A stretch of 64,000 nucleotides of DNA from Leptonemataceae bacterium (GCA_965227295.1 OZ245742.1:2048001-2112000); one strand, 5' to 3'. Positions 10,286 through 21,394 are shown, counted from the first letter of the stretch. Notes: generated by a model not told the origin, from the letters alone. A program made the numbers and translations.

Positions 10286-11467
10286 ATGGGTATGATGAAG
10301 CGGATGTGGATGATCTCGACGGCGGCGGCGTTGCTGTGTTTTCAACCGGGCTGTAGTTCCACGGTTCCGAAAGGAGAGCTCGCGCGAGGCGACGTGAACG
10401 CCGCGAAATTGCAGCGCGTTTTGCAGGGCGAGGCCGTGTACGTGCGTTACCTGGGAGCCGGCGGCGCGTTGATTCATTTCGGCGATCGTACGTTCATGAC
10501 GGCGCCGTACTTCTCGGGCTACAGCCTTCTGAAAGTGATCGGCTCGTCCGCGATCTTCGGCGCCGTCTCGCCGCTCCGGGTGAACCCGAGGATGTTGGAT
10601 CAAAACGCGGCGGCCCTGGAACAGGCGGCGCTGGACACTTCCGCCGCGAGTGTGGAGGCGATCTTCGTCGGCCACGGTCACTACGATCATCTCCTGGACG
10701 TGCCGCGCTTTGTTCGCTGTCACGCTCCGCAGGCCGTTGTGTACGGCAGTGCTACCGTGGGTGAGTTGATGGCCCAGGAATCTTCGCGCATTCGCTCCAA
10801 CGAGGTGCCGGTCTGCGGGGCCGACGCGGGTGCGGAGCGGATGAAAGATCCGCACTTCTCGGCGGCGTTTGAACCCGTGGAAGACCGACTATCGATGGAG
10901 TTGCCGAATCCGAACGACTCGCGCTTTCGCGTCGTGGCGATTCCGTTGCGTTCGGAACATGCGCCGCACCTGTTCGGCGTCGATGCCTTAGAGGTTTGTA
11001 ACTGTCTTCAGTTTTGTTATCAGCACCGCCCCGCGCGCACGACCTGCGATTGGCGGGTGGGGCGTACGCACGCTTACGTCTTTGAGCTGTACGACGGCAG
11101 CGAATTGAAGTTTCGCCTGTATCATAACGACGCCGGGGCCTCTCCGGAGAAAACGAACCATGCCGGGCTGAAAGATTACGCGGGGAACATTGCCGTGGAG
11201 AAGATTGACATTGCCATCCTGACGCTCGCGTCGTACTCCGAGGTGGATCCCTATCCGGATGCGTTTCTGAAACTCGCACGGCCGGATCACTTGATTCTGA
11301 GTCACTGGGAAGATTTTTTCCAGGAGTACGACGTTTCCAGGCCGGCCGAAGATTATCGGGACGGCGTGCCGGCGAGCAGGGTGCAACCGTTTGTCGAGCG
11401 GATGCGCGGGGTTAAGGGGATGTCGACGTATTTGCCGGATATCGGGGCGGAGTTTGTACTGAACTAG
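10286..11467 (+). CDS. MBL-fold metallo-hydrolase, probable lipoprotein
   Basis: GHGHYDH motif, HAPH, SHWEDFF; N-terminal signal with Cys. Confidence 0.82.
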   Translation: MGMMKRMWMISTAAALLCFQPGCSSTVPKGELARGDVNAAKLQRVLQGEAVYVRYLGAGGALIHFGDRTFMTAPYFSGYSLLKVIGSSAIFGAVSPLRVNPRMLDQNAAALEQAALDTSAASVEAIFVGHGHYDHLLDVPRFVRCHAPQAVVYGSATVGELMAQESSRIRSNEVPVCGADAGAERMKDPHFSAAFEPVEDRLSMELPNPNDSRFRVVAIPLRSEHAPHLFGVDALEVCNCLQFCYQHRPARTTCDWRVGRTHAYVFELYDGSELKFRLYHNDAGASPEKTNHAGLKDYAGNIAVEKIDIAILTLASYSEVDPYPDAFLKLARPDHLILSHWEDFFQEYDVSRPAEDYRDGVPASRVQPFVERMRGVKGMSTYLPDIGAEFVLN

Positions 11468-12537
11468 CGAAAATCCCGCAGCCGCACCGGTAATCGTTTC
11501 GCCCCCCAGTCGCCCCGCTTTGCTTCAAACACTCCCGCGCAGGCTTCGCCGCAGTGGGCGCAGCGTCCTTCCGGCGTCACGGTGTACTCCGATAACACGT
11601 ACCAGTCCCGGCCGATCAGCAAGCCGTCGCAGGCGTGGCAGTAAGTACTCTGCGTTGGTTTGTCGTGGACGTTGCCGGTGTAACAGTACCGCACGCCGGC
11701 TTCGCGGGCGATGTCCCGGGCGCGCAGTAACGTCGTTATCGGTGTGCGCGGCAGATCGGTGAGTTTGAAGTCCGGGTGAAAGGCCGTGAAATGCAGCGGT
11801 ACGTCGGGGCCGAGTTCGTCCACGATCCAGCGTGAGAGTTCCTTAAGTTCTACCGGGGAATCATTACGACCGGGGATGAGCAGCACGGTGATCTCGAACC
11901 ACACGGACGTCTCGTGTTTGAGGTAGCGCAGGGTATCGAGCACGGGCTCCAGATCGCCGGCACAGAGGTCCTGGTAAAAACCCTGCGTGAACGCCTTGAG
12001 ATCGATGTTCGCCGCGTCCATGTGCGCGAAAAAATCCCGGCGGGCCCCGGCGTTGACGTATCCGGCGCTGACTGCGACCGTGCGAATGTTACGTTCCCGG
12101 CACGCCCGGGCGACGTCGGCGGCGTACTCGAGAAAGATGACCGGGTCGTTGTAGGTAAAGGCGACGCTTCGGCAACGCAGTTCACGGGCCGCTGCCGCGA
12201 TCAACTCCGGGGCGGCTTCGTCGGCCAGGGTATCCATTTCCCGGGACTTCGAGATGTCCCAGTTCTGGCAGAAGCGACACGAAAGATTGCAGCCGGCCGT
12301 GCCGAACGAGAGCACCGGCGTGCCGGGCAGAAAATGATTCAGCGGTTTTTTCTCGATGGGATCGACGCAGAAACCGCTGGAGCGCCCGTAGGTCGTAAGC
12401 ACGATCGCATCGCCTTCGTTCATGCGCACGAAACATAAACCGCGCTGGCCGTCTTTCAGTTTGCACTCGCGCGGGCAGACGTCGCATTGCACACGGCCGT
12501 CCGGGAGTCGCGTCCAGTATTTCGTGGGAACGTTCAT
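11464..12537 (-). CDS. amrS: AmmeMemoRadiSam system radical SAM enzyme
   Basis: VQCDVCPREC, DPIEKKPLNHF, GCNLSCRFCQNWDISK, AFTYNDP; amrB/amrA nearby. Confidence 0.93.
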   Translation of the reverse strand: MNVPTKYWTRLPDGRVQCDVCPRECKLKDGQRGLCFVRMNEGDAIVLTTYGRSSGFCVDPIEKKPLNHFLPGTPVLSFGTAGCNLSCRFCQNWDISKSREMDTLADEAAPELIAAAARELRCRSVAFTYNDPVIFLEYAADVARACRERNIRTVAVSAGYVNAGARRDFFAHMDAANIDLKAFTQGFYQDLCAGDLEPVLDTLRYLKHETSVWFEITVLLIPGRNDSPVELKELSRWIVDELGPDVPLHFTAFHPDFKLTDLPRTPITTLLRARDIAREAGVRYCYTGNVHDKPTQSTYCHACDGLLIGRDWYVLSEYTVTPEGRCAHCGEACAGVFEAKRGDWGAKRLPVRLRDFR

Positions 12538-12581
12538 TGCGTCGGGTGTTCGTCGCGGTAGGACTCCGTGTGACTGCGAAC

Positions 12582-15500
12582 TCAGTCGACTTCGATGCCG
12601 ACGACGGTGATGTCGTCCTGGATCGGCGCCCCGTCCATGAACCGGCGGACGTCCTTTAAGACACGGTCGACGATGTCGCCGGCCCCCTCGTCCTTCCAGG
12701 CCCCGATGCGTTCGTGCAGGCGCTCCTCGCCGTACTCCACCAGGTCGTGGTCGAACTGTTCGAAGATGCCGTCGGAGAAGAGGAGGATCCGGTCGAGTTC
12801 GGCGAAGGGGAAGGAGCGCGTTTTGTAACGCATGCCTTCCATGATGCCCACCATGCTGCCGGTGTGCGGCATTAACTTAAGTTCCCCCTCACTTAACAAG
12901 ATTTGCGTGGGATGGCCGGCGGAGCAGTAGCTCAGGGTGTTCGTGTTGCGATCGACGTCCACGATGATGGCGGTGAAGTACGAGTTCAGCGAAAGATACT
13001 TCTGGTAAAAATCGTTGTTCAGGGTCGCCATGAGTTCCGCCGGGTCGCGGACGGCGTCTTTGAAGTTTTCGTAGGCGCCCTTGATGGCCATGGTCATGAG
13101 CGCGGCCTGAATGCCGTGGCCCGTGGCGTCGGCGACGAAGATGCGAATGAGGCCGGGACGAACCTCGGCGACGTCGAAGAAGTCGCCGCCCACCTCGGCC
13201 ATGGGCAGGTACTTCGTATGCAGGCGCAACCCGGCGATCTTATCGAAGCGCGGCAGGATGTTCGACTGAATCTTTTGCGCCGTGGCGAGATCCGACTTAA
13301 TGCCGGCCAGCGTTGCGTTCAGTTCCGCCGTACGATCTTCGACCTGCTGCTCCAGGTTTTCGTAGAGGATGGCGTTGTCGAGGGAGACCGCGGCCTGGGC
13401 CGCCAGCAGCCGCAGCACCTGGACCCGGGCCGGGGTAAAGGCGCCGGTGGCGAGATTGTTTTCGACGTAGAGCACGCCGAGCAATCTTCCGGTTTGCACG
13501 ATGGGCGTGCACAGAATCGACTTCGTGCGCCGCTCTTTGATGTACGGGTCCTTGTTAAAGCGCGCGTCGTAACTCGCATCGTCCAGCACGACGTCTTCTT
13601 TGGTGCGCACGACGTAGTAGATGATGTTCTCGGGAACGTTTTCGATGGGCCGCGATTCCATGATGCGAATCTCGCCGGACTCCACGGAGGCCTCCGCCTG
13701 GATCATGAGATCGCCGGTGCCCTTGACGTCCAGGATGAGATAACCGCGTTCCGCGCCGGCGTTTTCGATGACAATCGATATCAGTTTTTCCAGCAGCCGA
13801 TCCAGTACGATTTCCCCGGAGATGGCCAGGGACGCCTTCATGACCGTGCCGAGGTCGAGGCTGCCCTGTTGTTCGGAACCCGTACTCGTCGCGGCGGTAC
13901 TGGTGATGCCGTGCGCCGTTTGCGTGGAAGCGTCGCCGCGTACGCGGCCGGCCAGTGAGGGGAACTCGCGTTCCAGGCGGCGCAGCATGGCCTCGGCCCC
14001 CCACTTGCGATAGTAGTAGTAGGCTTCTTCGGCGTAGAGTCGGGCGATTTTGAATTCGCCGTGATGTTCGTAAAACTGCGCCGTGAGACAATGCGCCAGG
14101 GCCTCGTCGTTCAAGTAATCGTGGGCCCGGGACAATCGCCGCGCGTCTTTGTAGTTTGCGACGGCGTCCAGGTACTTTCCCCGCGCGCGATGGTACTCCG
14201 CCTGTACGAGATGCCACTTGTGTAAGTTGTTTCCCGGCGCGGCCCCGGCCCAGCGCTTCAGCTTGCGTTGATTGCGTCGTACCCGGCGCAACGTACGCCC
14301 GCGCAGCCAGGTGCGATGTTCGTTGCCTCGCGCGTGCAATCGTCCCAACAACAGCAACGAGTCATAGTAGTAGTACGGAGCGATCATCGGCGTGGAGAGC
14401 GCGCCGTCCATGTAGCGCCGGGCGTTTTCCGAGTATTCGAAAGCCTGCTCGAAGTGACCGCCGTGATACGCCAGCACCATCTTGTTGAAGTAGAGCGTGT
14501 AGAGCGTCGTGCGGTCGTTGGCTTCCAGGTGCGCGCGGAGCGATTCTTCCTCGCTGTAGGCGTCGCCTTCGAGCAGGGCCGCGGGTTCGGCGTCGTCGCG
14601 CAACATGTTGCGCACGGACTGCTGGATGATGGAGAGCCAGTAGAGCGGAAACCGTTGTTTAAACTGTAAGATGCGCTGGCGGTACTTGCTCATCTCCTCG
14701 TCGACGCCGTGCAGTTCGCGTCCGGTGAGCCACAGGAAGTAACAGTACATCGCCGCGTTGTAGGAGGCGTACTCCAGGTCGCCGGTTTCCACGCCGACCT
14801 GGTAACCGGCGATGGACGGGTCCAGGCTTTCGCGATAGGGTTCCTTCCAGTGACGAATGAGGCTGTTTACCGCGAGAATCGTGCGGGTCTGGGTTTGCGA
14901 GGACATGCCCCGGGCGCTGAAGTCTTCGAGCAACTGCATGGCCAATCGACCGAAACGATAACCGCGGTCGATCTCCTGGGTGACGCCGCAGAGGATGAAG
15001 CCGTAGAGGGCGTAACCGAACGTCGAGAGCGGGGTGTTCCCGTACTTCAGCGACAACTGCACCGTCTTGAACGCGAGCAGGATGACGAGTTCCGGCATGG
15101 TGGTGTAGGCCGGTACCGAGAGCGACGCCAGGATGCGCATGGCCCCCAGTATGTTCGGATCGCTCATGGCCGGCAGGTCCGCCAGGTTTTCGACGGAACG
15201 ACCGCGGAGCGCTAACTTTGTACGCAAGAGACCTAAGAGAACGTGGGGCATCTTCGGCTTCGCGGGAAAGCGGATGCCCAGGTCGCGCAGGACACGCAGG
15301 GCGGTCTTTACGGCGGCGGCGGGTTCGTTCTTCGCGACGAGGGCGAGGATGCGGATTTCATGAGCTTTCACGCGATGCAGAAGCTTGCGGGCGTTATCCA
15401 GGACTTCCTGGGAGAGACGTTCCATCTCGGCGAAGTCCGCGCTGAGGTAGGCCGCCTCCGCCGCCTCGCTGTATAGATTCAACGTGAGGACGTAGGCGTC

Positions 15501-17873
15501 CTGCCAGCGATTCTCGCCGAGTAGTTCGACGCCCGCCCGCAGATACGTAAACGCCGGAGCGTAGGCCGCCGACGCCTTGGCGCGTTTGCCGGCCGCTAAG
15601 TTTAACTCGCTTAATCTTTCCAGTTCCACCGGATCGTCGATGAGGGAGCGGCCCAGGTTCAGGTGACTGACGATATCGAAGATGCGTTCGTTGCGGGAGC
15701 CCACGTCGTCGGCCCGGTCGAGCAGCAGCCGGCCGATCTGCAAATGCAACGCCGGGGCTTCTTCTTCGGCGATGAGCGAGTAGGCGGCCTGCTGGACGCG
15801 GTCGTGCAGAAAACGATACAGCACCGGCCGGTCCGCCAGCTCCTGGACGAACTTAAACGAATCGTCCACCGGCATGACCAGGCCTTCCTGCAGGGCCTCC
15901 CACAGATCGCGAGCCGTGTCCGCGCGGGACTTTTCGTAGACCACGGAGAGCGTGCTCAGGTCGAAGACGTTGCCGACGCACGCCGCCATTTTTAAGATGT
16001 TCTGCGTTTCCGGGGCGAGTTTCTTGATCTTGCCGGTCATCAACTCGATGACGTTGTCGGTCATGCCCCGGCGTTGGATGGCTTCTAAGTCCCAGTGCCA
16101 GCTCATGGACTCGGTGTTGAATTCGATGAGCCGCTCTTCGTGGAGCATGTTCAGAAACTGATTGAGAAAGAACGGATTGCCGCCGGTGCGCTCCAGGCAC
16201 AGGTCCGCCAGGGGCGCCGCGGTTTCGACGTCGGTCTTGAGCGTATCGGCGACGAGTTGCAGCACGCAATCGCGGTCCAGGGCCTTGATCTTGATGGTGC
16301 TGATGGTCACGCCGACTTCTTTGACCCGGGCGATACTGATTTGCAACGGATGGGTCGGTTCCACCTCGTTGGAACGATAGGCGCCGATGAGCAACATGTA
16401 CTTCATGGACGGGTCGCTTAACAGTTGCTCAACTAACTTTAGTGACGGCGGGTCGGCCCACTGGAGGTCGTCCAGGAACAGCGCCAGGGGATGTTCCCGG
16501 TCCGCGAAGATTTCGACGAAGCTCTGGAATACGAAGTGGAAGCGGTTCTGGGACTCCACCGGCGGCAGTTCCGGCACCGACTGCTGCGGCCCGATGATGA
16601 GCTCCACCTCGGGAATGACGTCGATGATCAACTGCCCGTTGTTGCGCAGCCGATCCAGCAACTTGTCGCGCCACATCGCCACGCGCTGTTCGCTCTCGGT
16701 CAGGATCTGGCGAATGAGTTCCTGGAAGGCCTGAATGAGTGAGGCGTAGGGTTTGTTGCGATTGAGCTGATCGAACTTACCGGAGATGAAGTAGCCCCGG
16801 CTTTCGACCAGGGGTTTCTGCACCTCGTGCACCAGGGCGGATTTGCCGGCGCCGGAGTAGCCGGTGACGAGGACCAGTTCCGTGGCGCCTTGATTCACGC
16901 GGCCGTAGGCGGCGAGCAGGCTCTGCACTTCGTCGGCGCGCCCGTACAACTTTTGCGGGATCTGGAAGCGATCCGAGGCGTCGCGCCGACCGATGACGAA
17001 GTCTTCGATGGTGGCGCCGTCCCCGGACGCGCGGAGCCGGGCCAGACATTCTTCAAGGTCGGCCTTGAGTCCGTGGGCGCTCTGGTAACGATCCTCGGCG
17101 GTTTTCGCCAGCAGCTTCATGATCATGCGCGAGAGCGGGGCGGGAATCTCGCGATTGATCTTTATCGGTTCGACGGGAAGCTTCGCGATGTGACAGTGCA
17201 CGAGTTCCATGGGATCTTCGGCATCGAAGGGCAGTCGCCCCGTGAGCATGCGATAGAACGTCGCGCCCAGGGAGTACAGATCCGTGCGATAGTCCATGGC
17301 ACGGTTCATGCGCCCGGTTTGTTCCGGGGACATGTACGCGAGCGTACCTTCCAGGACTTCCGGATTGCGCACCTCGGGATTCTCGCGACTCAGGGGCGTG
17401 GAGATGCCGAAGTCGATGATCTTCACCTGGTCCGTCTCCGGATTCCAGACGATGTTCGCGGGGTTGATGTCTTTGTGAATGATGTTCTGGCGATGGATGC
17501 TGCCGAGGATGTCGGTGACGCGAATGGCCAGGGACAAGAATTCCTTGAGCGTAAGTTTACGTGCCAGGAGATTACGGATCAGCGACTCACCGCCGAAGTC
17601 CTCCAGTACGATGACGGGTTGGTTGCCGGCGCGCAGAAGATTGAAGGCCTGGATGGCGTGGGGATGGTCGAGCTGCCGGGTGATTTCGAATTCTCGTTTG
17701 AAGCGCGCCACCTGCTCCGGGGTGGGGTATTCGTGGCCGAGGATCTTGAGCACGACGGTGTCGCCCTCGTCGGATCGTCGCGCCCGATAAATGGCGGAGT
17801 TCTGACTCTCGTAGAGTTTCTCGAGAATCTGGAATCCCGCGACGGAGACCGTATCGCTGGAGGCTGCCTTCAT
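12582..17873 (-). CDS. Ser/Thr kinase - AAA ATPase - GAF - SpoIIE/PP2C phosphatase multidomain signalling protein
   Basis: HKDINPAN/DFG kinase; GYSGAGKS and LFLDDLQWAD; GAF region; VGGDFFD, DATGHG, FSDG, DDIT phosphatase motifs; ATGA overlap with the upstream gene. Confidence 0.93.
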   Translation of the reverse strand: MKAASSDTVSVAGFQILEKLYESQNSAIYRARRSDEGDTVVLKILGHEYPTPEQVARFKREFEITRQLDHPHAIQAFNLLRAGNQPVIVLEDFGGESLIRNLLARKLTLKEFLSLAIRVTDILGSIHRQNIIHKDINPANIVWNPETDQVKIIDFGISTPLSRENPEVRNPEVLEGTLAYMSPEQTGRMNRAMDYRTDLYSLGATFYRMLTGRLPFDAEDPMELVHCHIAKLPVEPIKINREIPAPLSRMIMKLLAKTAEDRYQSAHGLKADLEECLARLRASGDGATIEDFVIGRRDASDRFQIPQKLYGRADEVQSLLAAYGRVNQGATELVLVTGYSGAGKSALVHEVQKPLVESRGYFISGKFDQLNRNKPYASLIQAFQELIRQILTESEQRVAMWRDKLLDRLRNNGQLIIDVIPEVELIIGPQQSVPELPPVESQNRFHFVFQSFVEIFADREHPLALFLDDLQWADPPSLKLVEQLLSDPSMKYMLLIGAYRSNEVEPTHPLQISIARVKEVGVTISTIKIKALDRDCVLQLVADTLKTDVETAAPLADLCLERTGGNPFFLNQFLNMLHEERLIEFNTESMSWHWDLEAIQRRGMTDNVIELMTGKIKKLAPETQNILKMAACVGNVFDLSTLSVVYEKSRADTARDLWEALQEGLVMPVDDSFKFVQELADRPVLYRFLHDRVQQAAYSLIAEEEAPALHLQIGRLLLDRADDVGSRNERIFDIVSHLNLGRSLIDDPVELERLSELNLAAGKRAKASAAYAPAFTYLRAGVELLGENRWQDAYVLTLNLYSEAAEAAYLSADFAEMERLSQEVLDNARKLLHRVKAHEIRILALVAKNEPAAAVKTALRVLRDLGIRFPAKPKMPHVLLGLLRTKLALRGRSVENLADLPAMSDPNILGAMRILASLSVPAYTTMPELVILLAFKTVQLSLKYGNTPLSTFGYALYGFILCGVTQEIDRGYRFGRLAMQLLEDFSARGMSSQTQTRTILAVNSLIRHWKEPYRESLDPSIAGYQVGVETGDLEYASYNAAMYCYFLWLTGRELHGVDEEMSKYRQRILQFKQRFPLYWLSIIQQSVRNMLRDDAEPAALLEGDAYSEEESLRAHLEANDRTTLYTLYFNKMVLAYHGGHFEQAFEYSENARRYMDGALSTPMIAPYYYYDSLLLLGRLHARGNEHRTWLRGRTLRRVRRNQRKLKRWAGAAPGNNLHKWHLVQAEYHRARGKYLDAVANYKDARRLSRAHDYLNDEALAHCLTAQFYEHHGEFKIARLYAEEAYYYYRKWGAEAMLRRLEREFPSLAGRVRGDASTQTAHGITSTAATSTGSEQQGSLDLGTVMKASLAISGEIVLDRLLEKLISIVIENAGAERGYLILDVKGTGDLMIQAEASVESGEIRIMESRPIENVPENIIYYVVRTKEDVVLDDASYDARFNKDPYIKERRTKSILCTPIVQTGRLLGVLYVENNLATGAFTPARVQVLRLLAAQAAVSLDNAILYENLEQQVEDRTAELNATLAGIKSDLATAQKIQSNILPRFDKIAGLRLHTKYLPMAEVGGDFFDVAEVRPGLIRIFVADATGHGIQAALMTMAIKGAYENFKDAVRDPAELMATLNNDFYQKYLSLNSYFTAIIVDVDRNTNTLSYCSAGHPTQILLSEGELKLMPHTGSMVGIMEGMRYKTRSFPFAELDRILLFSDGIFEQFDHDLVEYGEERLHERIGAWKDEGAGDIVDRVLKDVRRFMDGAPIQDDITVVGIEVD

Positions 17874-18730
17874 CTGGGTTTTTCGGCGTAGACGCGGCCG
17901 TAGCACCACAGCCCGCGCTTCAGCGCCCGGTACTGGTCCCGGGCTCCGATGATGTTGTCGGTCTGGGTGCGGCTGCGAATGCGCAGCAACTCCGCGATGC
18001 GTCCGAGAAAGATCGTCGGCACGGCCAGACGGTAGAGTCGCCGGGCGGAGGGCAGGACACGTTCGGTAATATCTTCGAAAGCAACGTTAGTGAAGCCGGC
18101 TGCTTCGGCGTCGCGGACGAAGCCGGCGTGATCGGCCAGGTTGTCGACGGCCCAGCCGTTCACCCAGGATTTCAGCACGGCGGCGTCCTCGCCGTCGTGT
18201 TCGTGCCACGGCCGTTTGACGAAGCCGTCGCAGAGGATCAGCCGGCCGCCGGGTTTCAGCACGCGGAACGCTTCGCGCAGAAAGTCGGCTTTCACGGCGG
18301 CGTGGCAGACGCTCTCCACGGCCCAGACGACGCTGAACGTCGCGTCTTCGAAACGCGTGTCCGTGAAATCCCGAACCAGAAACTCGAATTGTTCGTCCGG
18401 GAGTTCGGCCGCCCGGGCGAAACCCCGCGCCTGCTCGATTTGCCGGCCCGCCAGGGAGATTCCCGTAACTTTACATCCGTAAGTGCTAGCAAGATGGATC
18501 GAAGATCCGCCCACGCCGCAGCCCGCGTCCAGCACGTGATCCGCGGACGAGATTCCGGCGAGTTCGGCGAGCCAGTCGTTCTGGCGGATGAGGGCCTGGG
18601 AGAGATTGCGCACGCCCTCGTCCCAGTAACCGTAGTGCAACGCCTTCGCGTCGTTCAGGTTCCAGAGCCAGCGATAATCGATTTCACAAGAATCATAGTA
18701 TTCAATAATTTTGTCGCTGGTAATTGCCAT
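17870..18730 (-). CDS. Class I SAM-dependent methyltransferase (tocopherol/sterol MTase-like)
   Basis: LHYGYWD, VLDAGCGVGG, VLKPGGRL. Confidence 0.9.
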   Translation of the reverse strand: MAITSDKIIEYYDSCEIDYRWLWNLNDAKALHYGYWDEGVRNLSQALIRQNDWLAELAGISSADHVLDAGCGVGGSSIHLASTYGCKVTGISLAGRQIEQARGFARAAELPDEQFEFLVRDFTDTRFEDATFSVVWAVESVCHAAVKADFLREAFRVLKPGGRLILCDGFVKRPWHEHDGEDAAVLKSWVNGWAVDNLADHAGFVRDAEAAGFTNVAFEDITERVLPSARRLYRLAVPTIFLGRIAELLRIRSRTQTDNIIGARDQYRALKRGLWCYGRVYAEKPR

Positions 18731-18856
18731 TCCTGTTCCAAAAATGAGGTATATACCGTGCTTATCAACGATATAAACGATGCTCACGATGATTGACGTC
18801 TTTTGATCGCCGGGTTATCATCGCCGAGCATCAATAAAACTTAGCGAAGATCAGTT

Positions 18857-19663
18857 ATGTCCAAAACCCGTCCCGCTGCCCTGGCCGGCACGTTCTACCC
18901 CGCCGATCCCCGCGCGCTGCGCGATGAGGTGGGGGCCTGTCTGGACGCCGCCCCGGAACATCCCGGCGCGCCGGAGGCCGTCATTGCCCCACACGCCGGC
19001 TACATGTACTCCGGTGTCGTCGCCGGCCGGGCCTATCACGCCTGGCGCGGGCTTGCCGGAATCGAACGCGTCATCCTGGCCGGGCCGTGCCATCGCAAAC
19101 CGGTGCGGGGCCTGGCCCTGTCCGGCGCGGATGCCTTCGAGACCCCGCTCGGTTCCGTGGCCGTGGACGTGCCGGCCCGGGAACGCCTGCTGTCTGAGTT
19201 CGGCCCCGAACACCTGCGCATCGACGACGAGGCCCACGCGCACGAGCACAGCCTCGAAGTGCAGCTTCCGTTTATTCAGACGATATTTCCGGGCGCAAAA
19301 ATACTGCCGCTGGGCGTGGGTCGGGGTGGTCCGGACATTTTTCGGGCGGTGCTGGAGCTTTTTCAGGATGATGCGACCCGGGTGGTTGTGAGTTCGGATC
19401 TGAGCCATTTTCACGCGTTCGACGAGGCCCGGCGGCGGGATCGGCGGACCTCGGATCACATCGAGGCCGGGCGGGGCGCGGAGATCGGCTACGAGGACGC
19501 CTGCGGCCGGGACGCCGTGGCCGGGCTGCTGCAATATGCCGCCGGTCGGGGTCTGCGCGCGCTGACGGTGGACCTGCGGAACTCCGGGGACACTGCCGGT
19601 CGCAAGGACCGCGTGGTGGGCTACGGGGCCTATCATCTTACCGCCCGGGCGGAACCGGCGTGA
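18857..19663 (+). CDS. amrB: AmmeMemoRadiSam system protein B (MEMO1 family)
   Basis: RPAALAGTFYP, IAPHAGYMYSG, EHSLEVQLPF, SSDLSHF, VVGYGA. Confidence 0.93.
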   Translation: MSKTRPAALAGTFYPADPRALRDEVGACLDAAPEHPGAPEAVIAPHAGYMYSGVVAGRAYHAWRGLAGIERVILAGPCHRKPVRGLALSGADAFETPLGSVAVDVPARERLLSEFGPEHLRIDDEAHAHEHSLEVQLPFIQTIFPGAKILPLGVGRGGPDIFRAVLELFQDDATRVVVSSDLSHFHAFDEARRRDRRTSDHIEAGRGAEIGYEDACGRDAVAGLLQYAAGRGLRALTVDLRNSGDTAGRKDRVVGYGAYHLTARAEPA

Positions 19664-20283
19664 CCGTCGACGACGAAGCCGTGCTGCTCGCAGCGGCCCG
19701 GCGGTCGATGGAACGCGAGCTGGAGCGCCGGGAGAGCGGGGCGGATCGGCGTGCGGACGCCCTGGACCGGTCGTACGCGGAGGAGGTCGGGCGGGATCGG
19801 CCGGAGCTGCGGGAGCCGGGGGCGAGCTTCGTAACCCTGCGCACGGCGGAAACCGGCAAGCTGCGGGGCTGCATCGGCAGTCTGGAACCGGAACGCCCGC
19901 TGCTGCTCGACGTCTTGCGGAATGCGCGCCGGGCCGCCTTTCACGATCCGCGCTTTCCGGCCCTGGAGCGGGAGGAGTACCAGGCGGGCTTGCATCTCTC
20001 GATCTCCGTGCTCGGCCGTCCGGAGCCCCTGCCGGCGGGCCCGGACGAGGCGGCGTTCCTGAAACGGCTCCGGCCGGGCGTGGACGGCCTGGTGCTCAAA
20101 CACGCCTCGGGACGGGCGACCTTTTTGCCGGCGGTGTGGGAACAGCTTCCGGCCCCGGTGGAATTCTTGCGCCAGCTCAAACGCAAGGCCGGCCTGCCGG
20201 AGGACGCCTGGCCGGCCGACCTCCGTTTCGAGCGTTACGAAACTCGTTCATTCAGTGATGCCGTTAGTATGAAAAGAGATTGA
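19660..20283 (+). CDS. amrA: AmmeMemoRadiSam system protein A (AMMECR1 family)
   Basis: [38 protein letters not shown]. Confidence 0.93.
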   Translation: MTVDDEAVLLAAARRSMERELERRESGADRRADALDRSYAEEVGRDRPELREPGASFVTLRTAETGKLRGCIGSLEPERPLLLDVLRNARRAAFHDPRFPALEREEYQAGLHLSISVLGRPEPLPAGPDEAAFLKRLRPGVDGLVLKHASGRATFLPAVWEQLPAPVEFLRQLKRKAGLPEDAWPADLRFERYETRSFSDAVSMKRD

Positions 20284-20320
20284 CGTACCGGGTGCCTTTT
20301 CGATACAACACCTGAATCCG

Positions 20321-20725
20321 ATGTCCTCACGGAACAGTAATCTGAATTTTGGCTCCGGTCCGGACAATACGGACGGCCTCCAACTCAAGCTCACCTTCGA
20401 CGAGGACACGCGCACGGTCTACGGCGAGTACCGTTGCCCGCCGAAGTTCCAGGGCGACGAAGGCAACGTCCATCCCGGCGTCCTGTCCGTAATCCTCGAC
20501 GAGATCATGGCCGCGATCAACGGCGCCATGAATTTCGACACCACCACCGGTGAACTCACCATTCGCTATTTGCAGCCGGCCATGATCGGCGAGAACATGT
20601 ACCTGCGCGGCTGGTTCGTTAAAAAGAACCGTCGCATTGTAGAAAACCGCGCCGAGATCGAAAACGAGATCGGCAAGATCGTCGCGCGCGGCAAAGGCAA
20701 GTACATCGAACGCGAAGAAGACTGA
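20321..20725 (+). CDS. PaaI/hotdog-fold thioesterase
   Basis: [30 protein letters not shown]. Confidence 0.85.
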   Translation: MSSRNSNLNFGSGPDNTDGLQLKLTFDEDTRTVYGEYRCPPKFQGDEGNVHPGVLSVILDEIMAAINGAMNFDTTTGELTIRYLQPAMIGENMYLRGWFVKKNRRIVENRAEIENEIGKIVARGKGKYIEREED

Positions 20726-20856
20726 GCGCCTGCGGGAGCGAGGGACGGACGTGTCCGCTTCGAGCGAGTTTGATCACTACGTAAAAGGCTACCCCGAGAT
20801 TCTACAGGCCTGCGCCCGTGTTCTGGACGCGGTCTACGCGCGTTTTCTGATATTTT

Positions 20857-21387
20857 TTGACAGAAACAGTGGTCTCGCCATTTTCGGTAAGGCGGGTTCG
20901 TGCGTTGAAGTCAGTAGAGAAATACTATTGCGAGCTATATGCGGACGAAGATCTGACCGCGCTGCTCAGATTTTTTTCGGAGAATCCTACCAAAATGCTG
21001 CGGGATCGCCCGCTTCAGGTGCTTCAGGCATCGGTTGATCACAGACAGATGATTGTCGTCCGCGCGGAGGATTCTGACCTGATTGTTGGAACGGCCGCGG
21101 TTTTTCAGTTTCTTGACATGCAGTATGTGGAACTCGGTTGCATGAGCCTGGGTTCGGCTGTTCGTGGGCAGCGTTTGCAGAGTGTTTTGATTGCGATGCG
21201 GATTTTGCAAAGCTATCTGCTGGCCGCCCGCCACGTATTCTGCGTGGTGAAAAAATATGAAGCAAAGACTGAGGAGCGGACACGATCTTATAAAAACCTT
21301 TTGCGTGCGAACTTTGAGGAATGGGAACAACCACCTGATGAACTAAAGGCCGCCCGGGCAAAACTCTTAACGTCGGAAAGTGCATAA
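20857..21387 (+). CDS. GNAT-like protein (start uncertain)
   Basis: LIVGTAAV...VELGCMSLGSAVRGQRL resembles GNAT motif A; SYKNLLRANF resembles motif B; lower GC than flanks. Confidence 0.55.
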   Translation: MTETVVSPFSVRRVRALKSVEKYYCELYADEDLTALLRFFSENPTKMLRDRPLQVLQASVDHRQMIVVRAEDSDLIVGTAAVFQFLDMQYVELGCMSLGSAVRGQRLQSVLIAMRILQSYLLAARHVFCVVKKYEAKTEERTRSYKNLLRANFEEWEQPPDELKAARAKLLTSESA

Positions 21388-21394
21388 TTTTACC

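Noticed and set aside
12595..17891. Many long plus-strand ORFs opposite the kinase gene (likewise opposite the RND, MBOAT and cysM genes)
   Set aside because: Typical high-GC antisense open frames with no motifs
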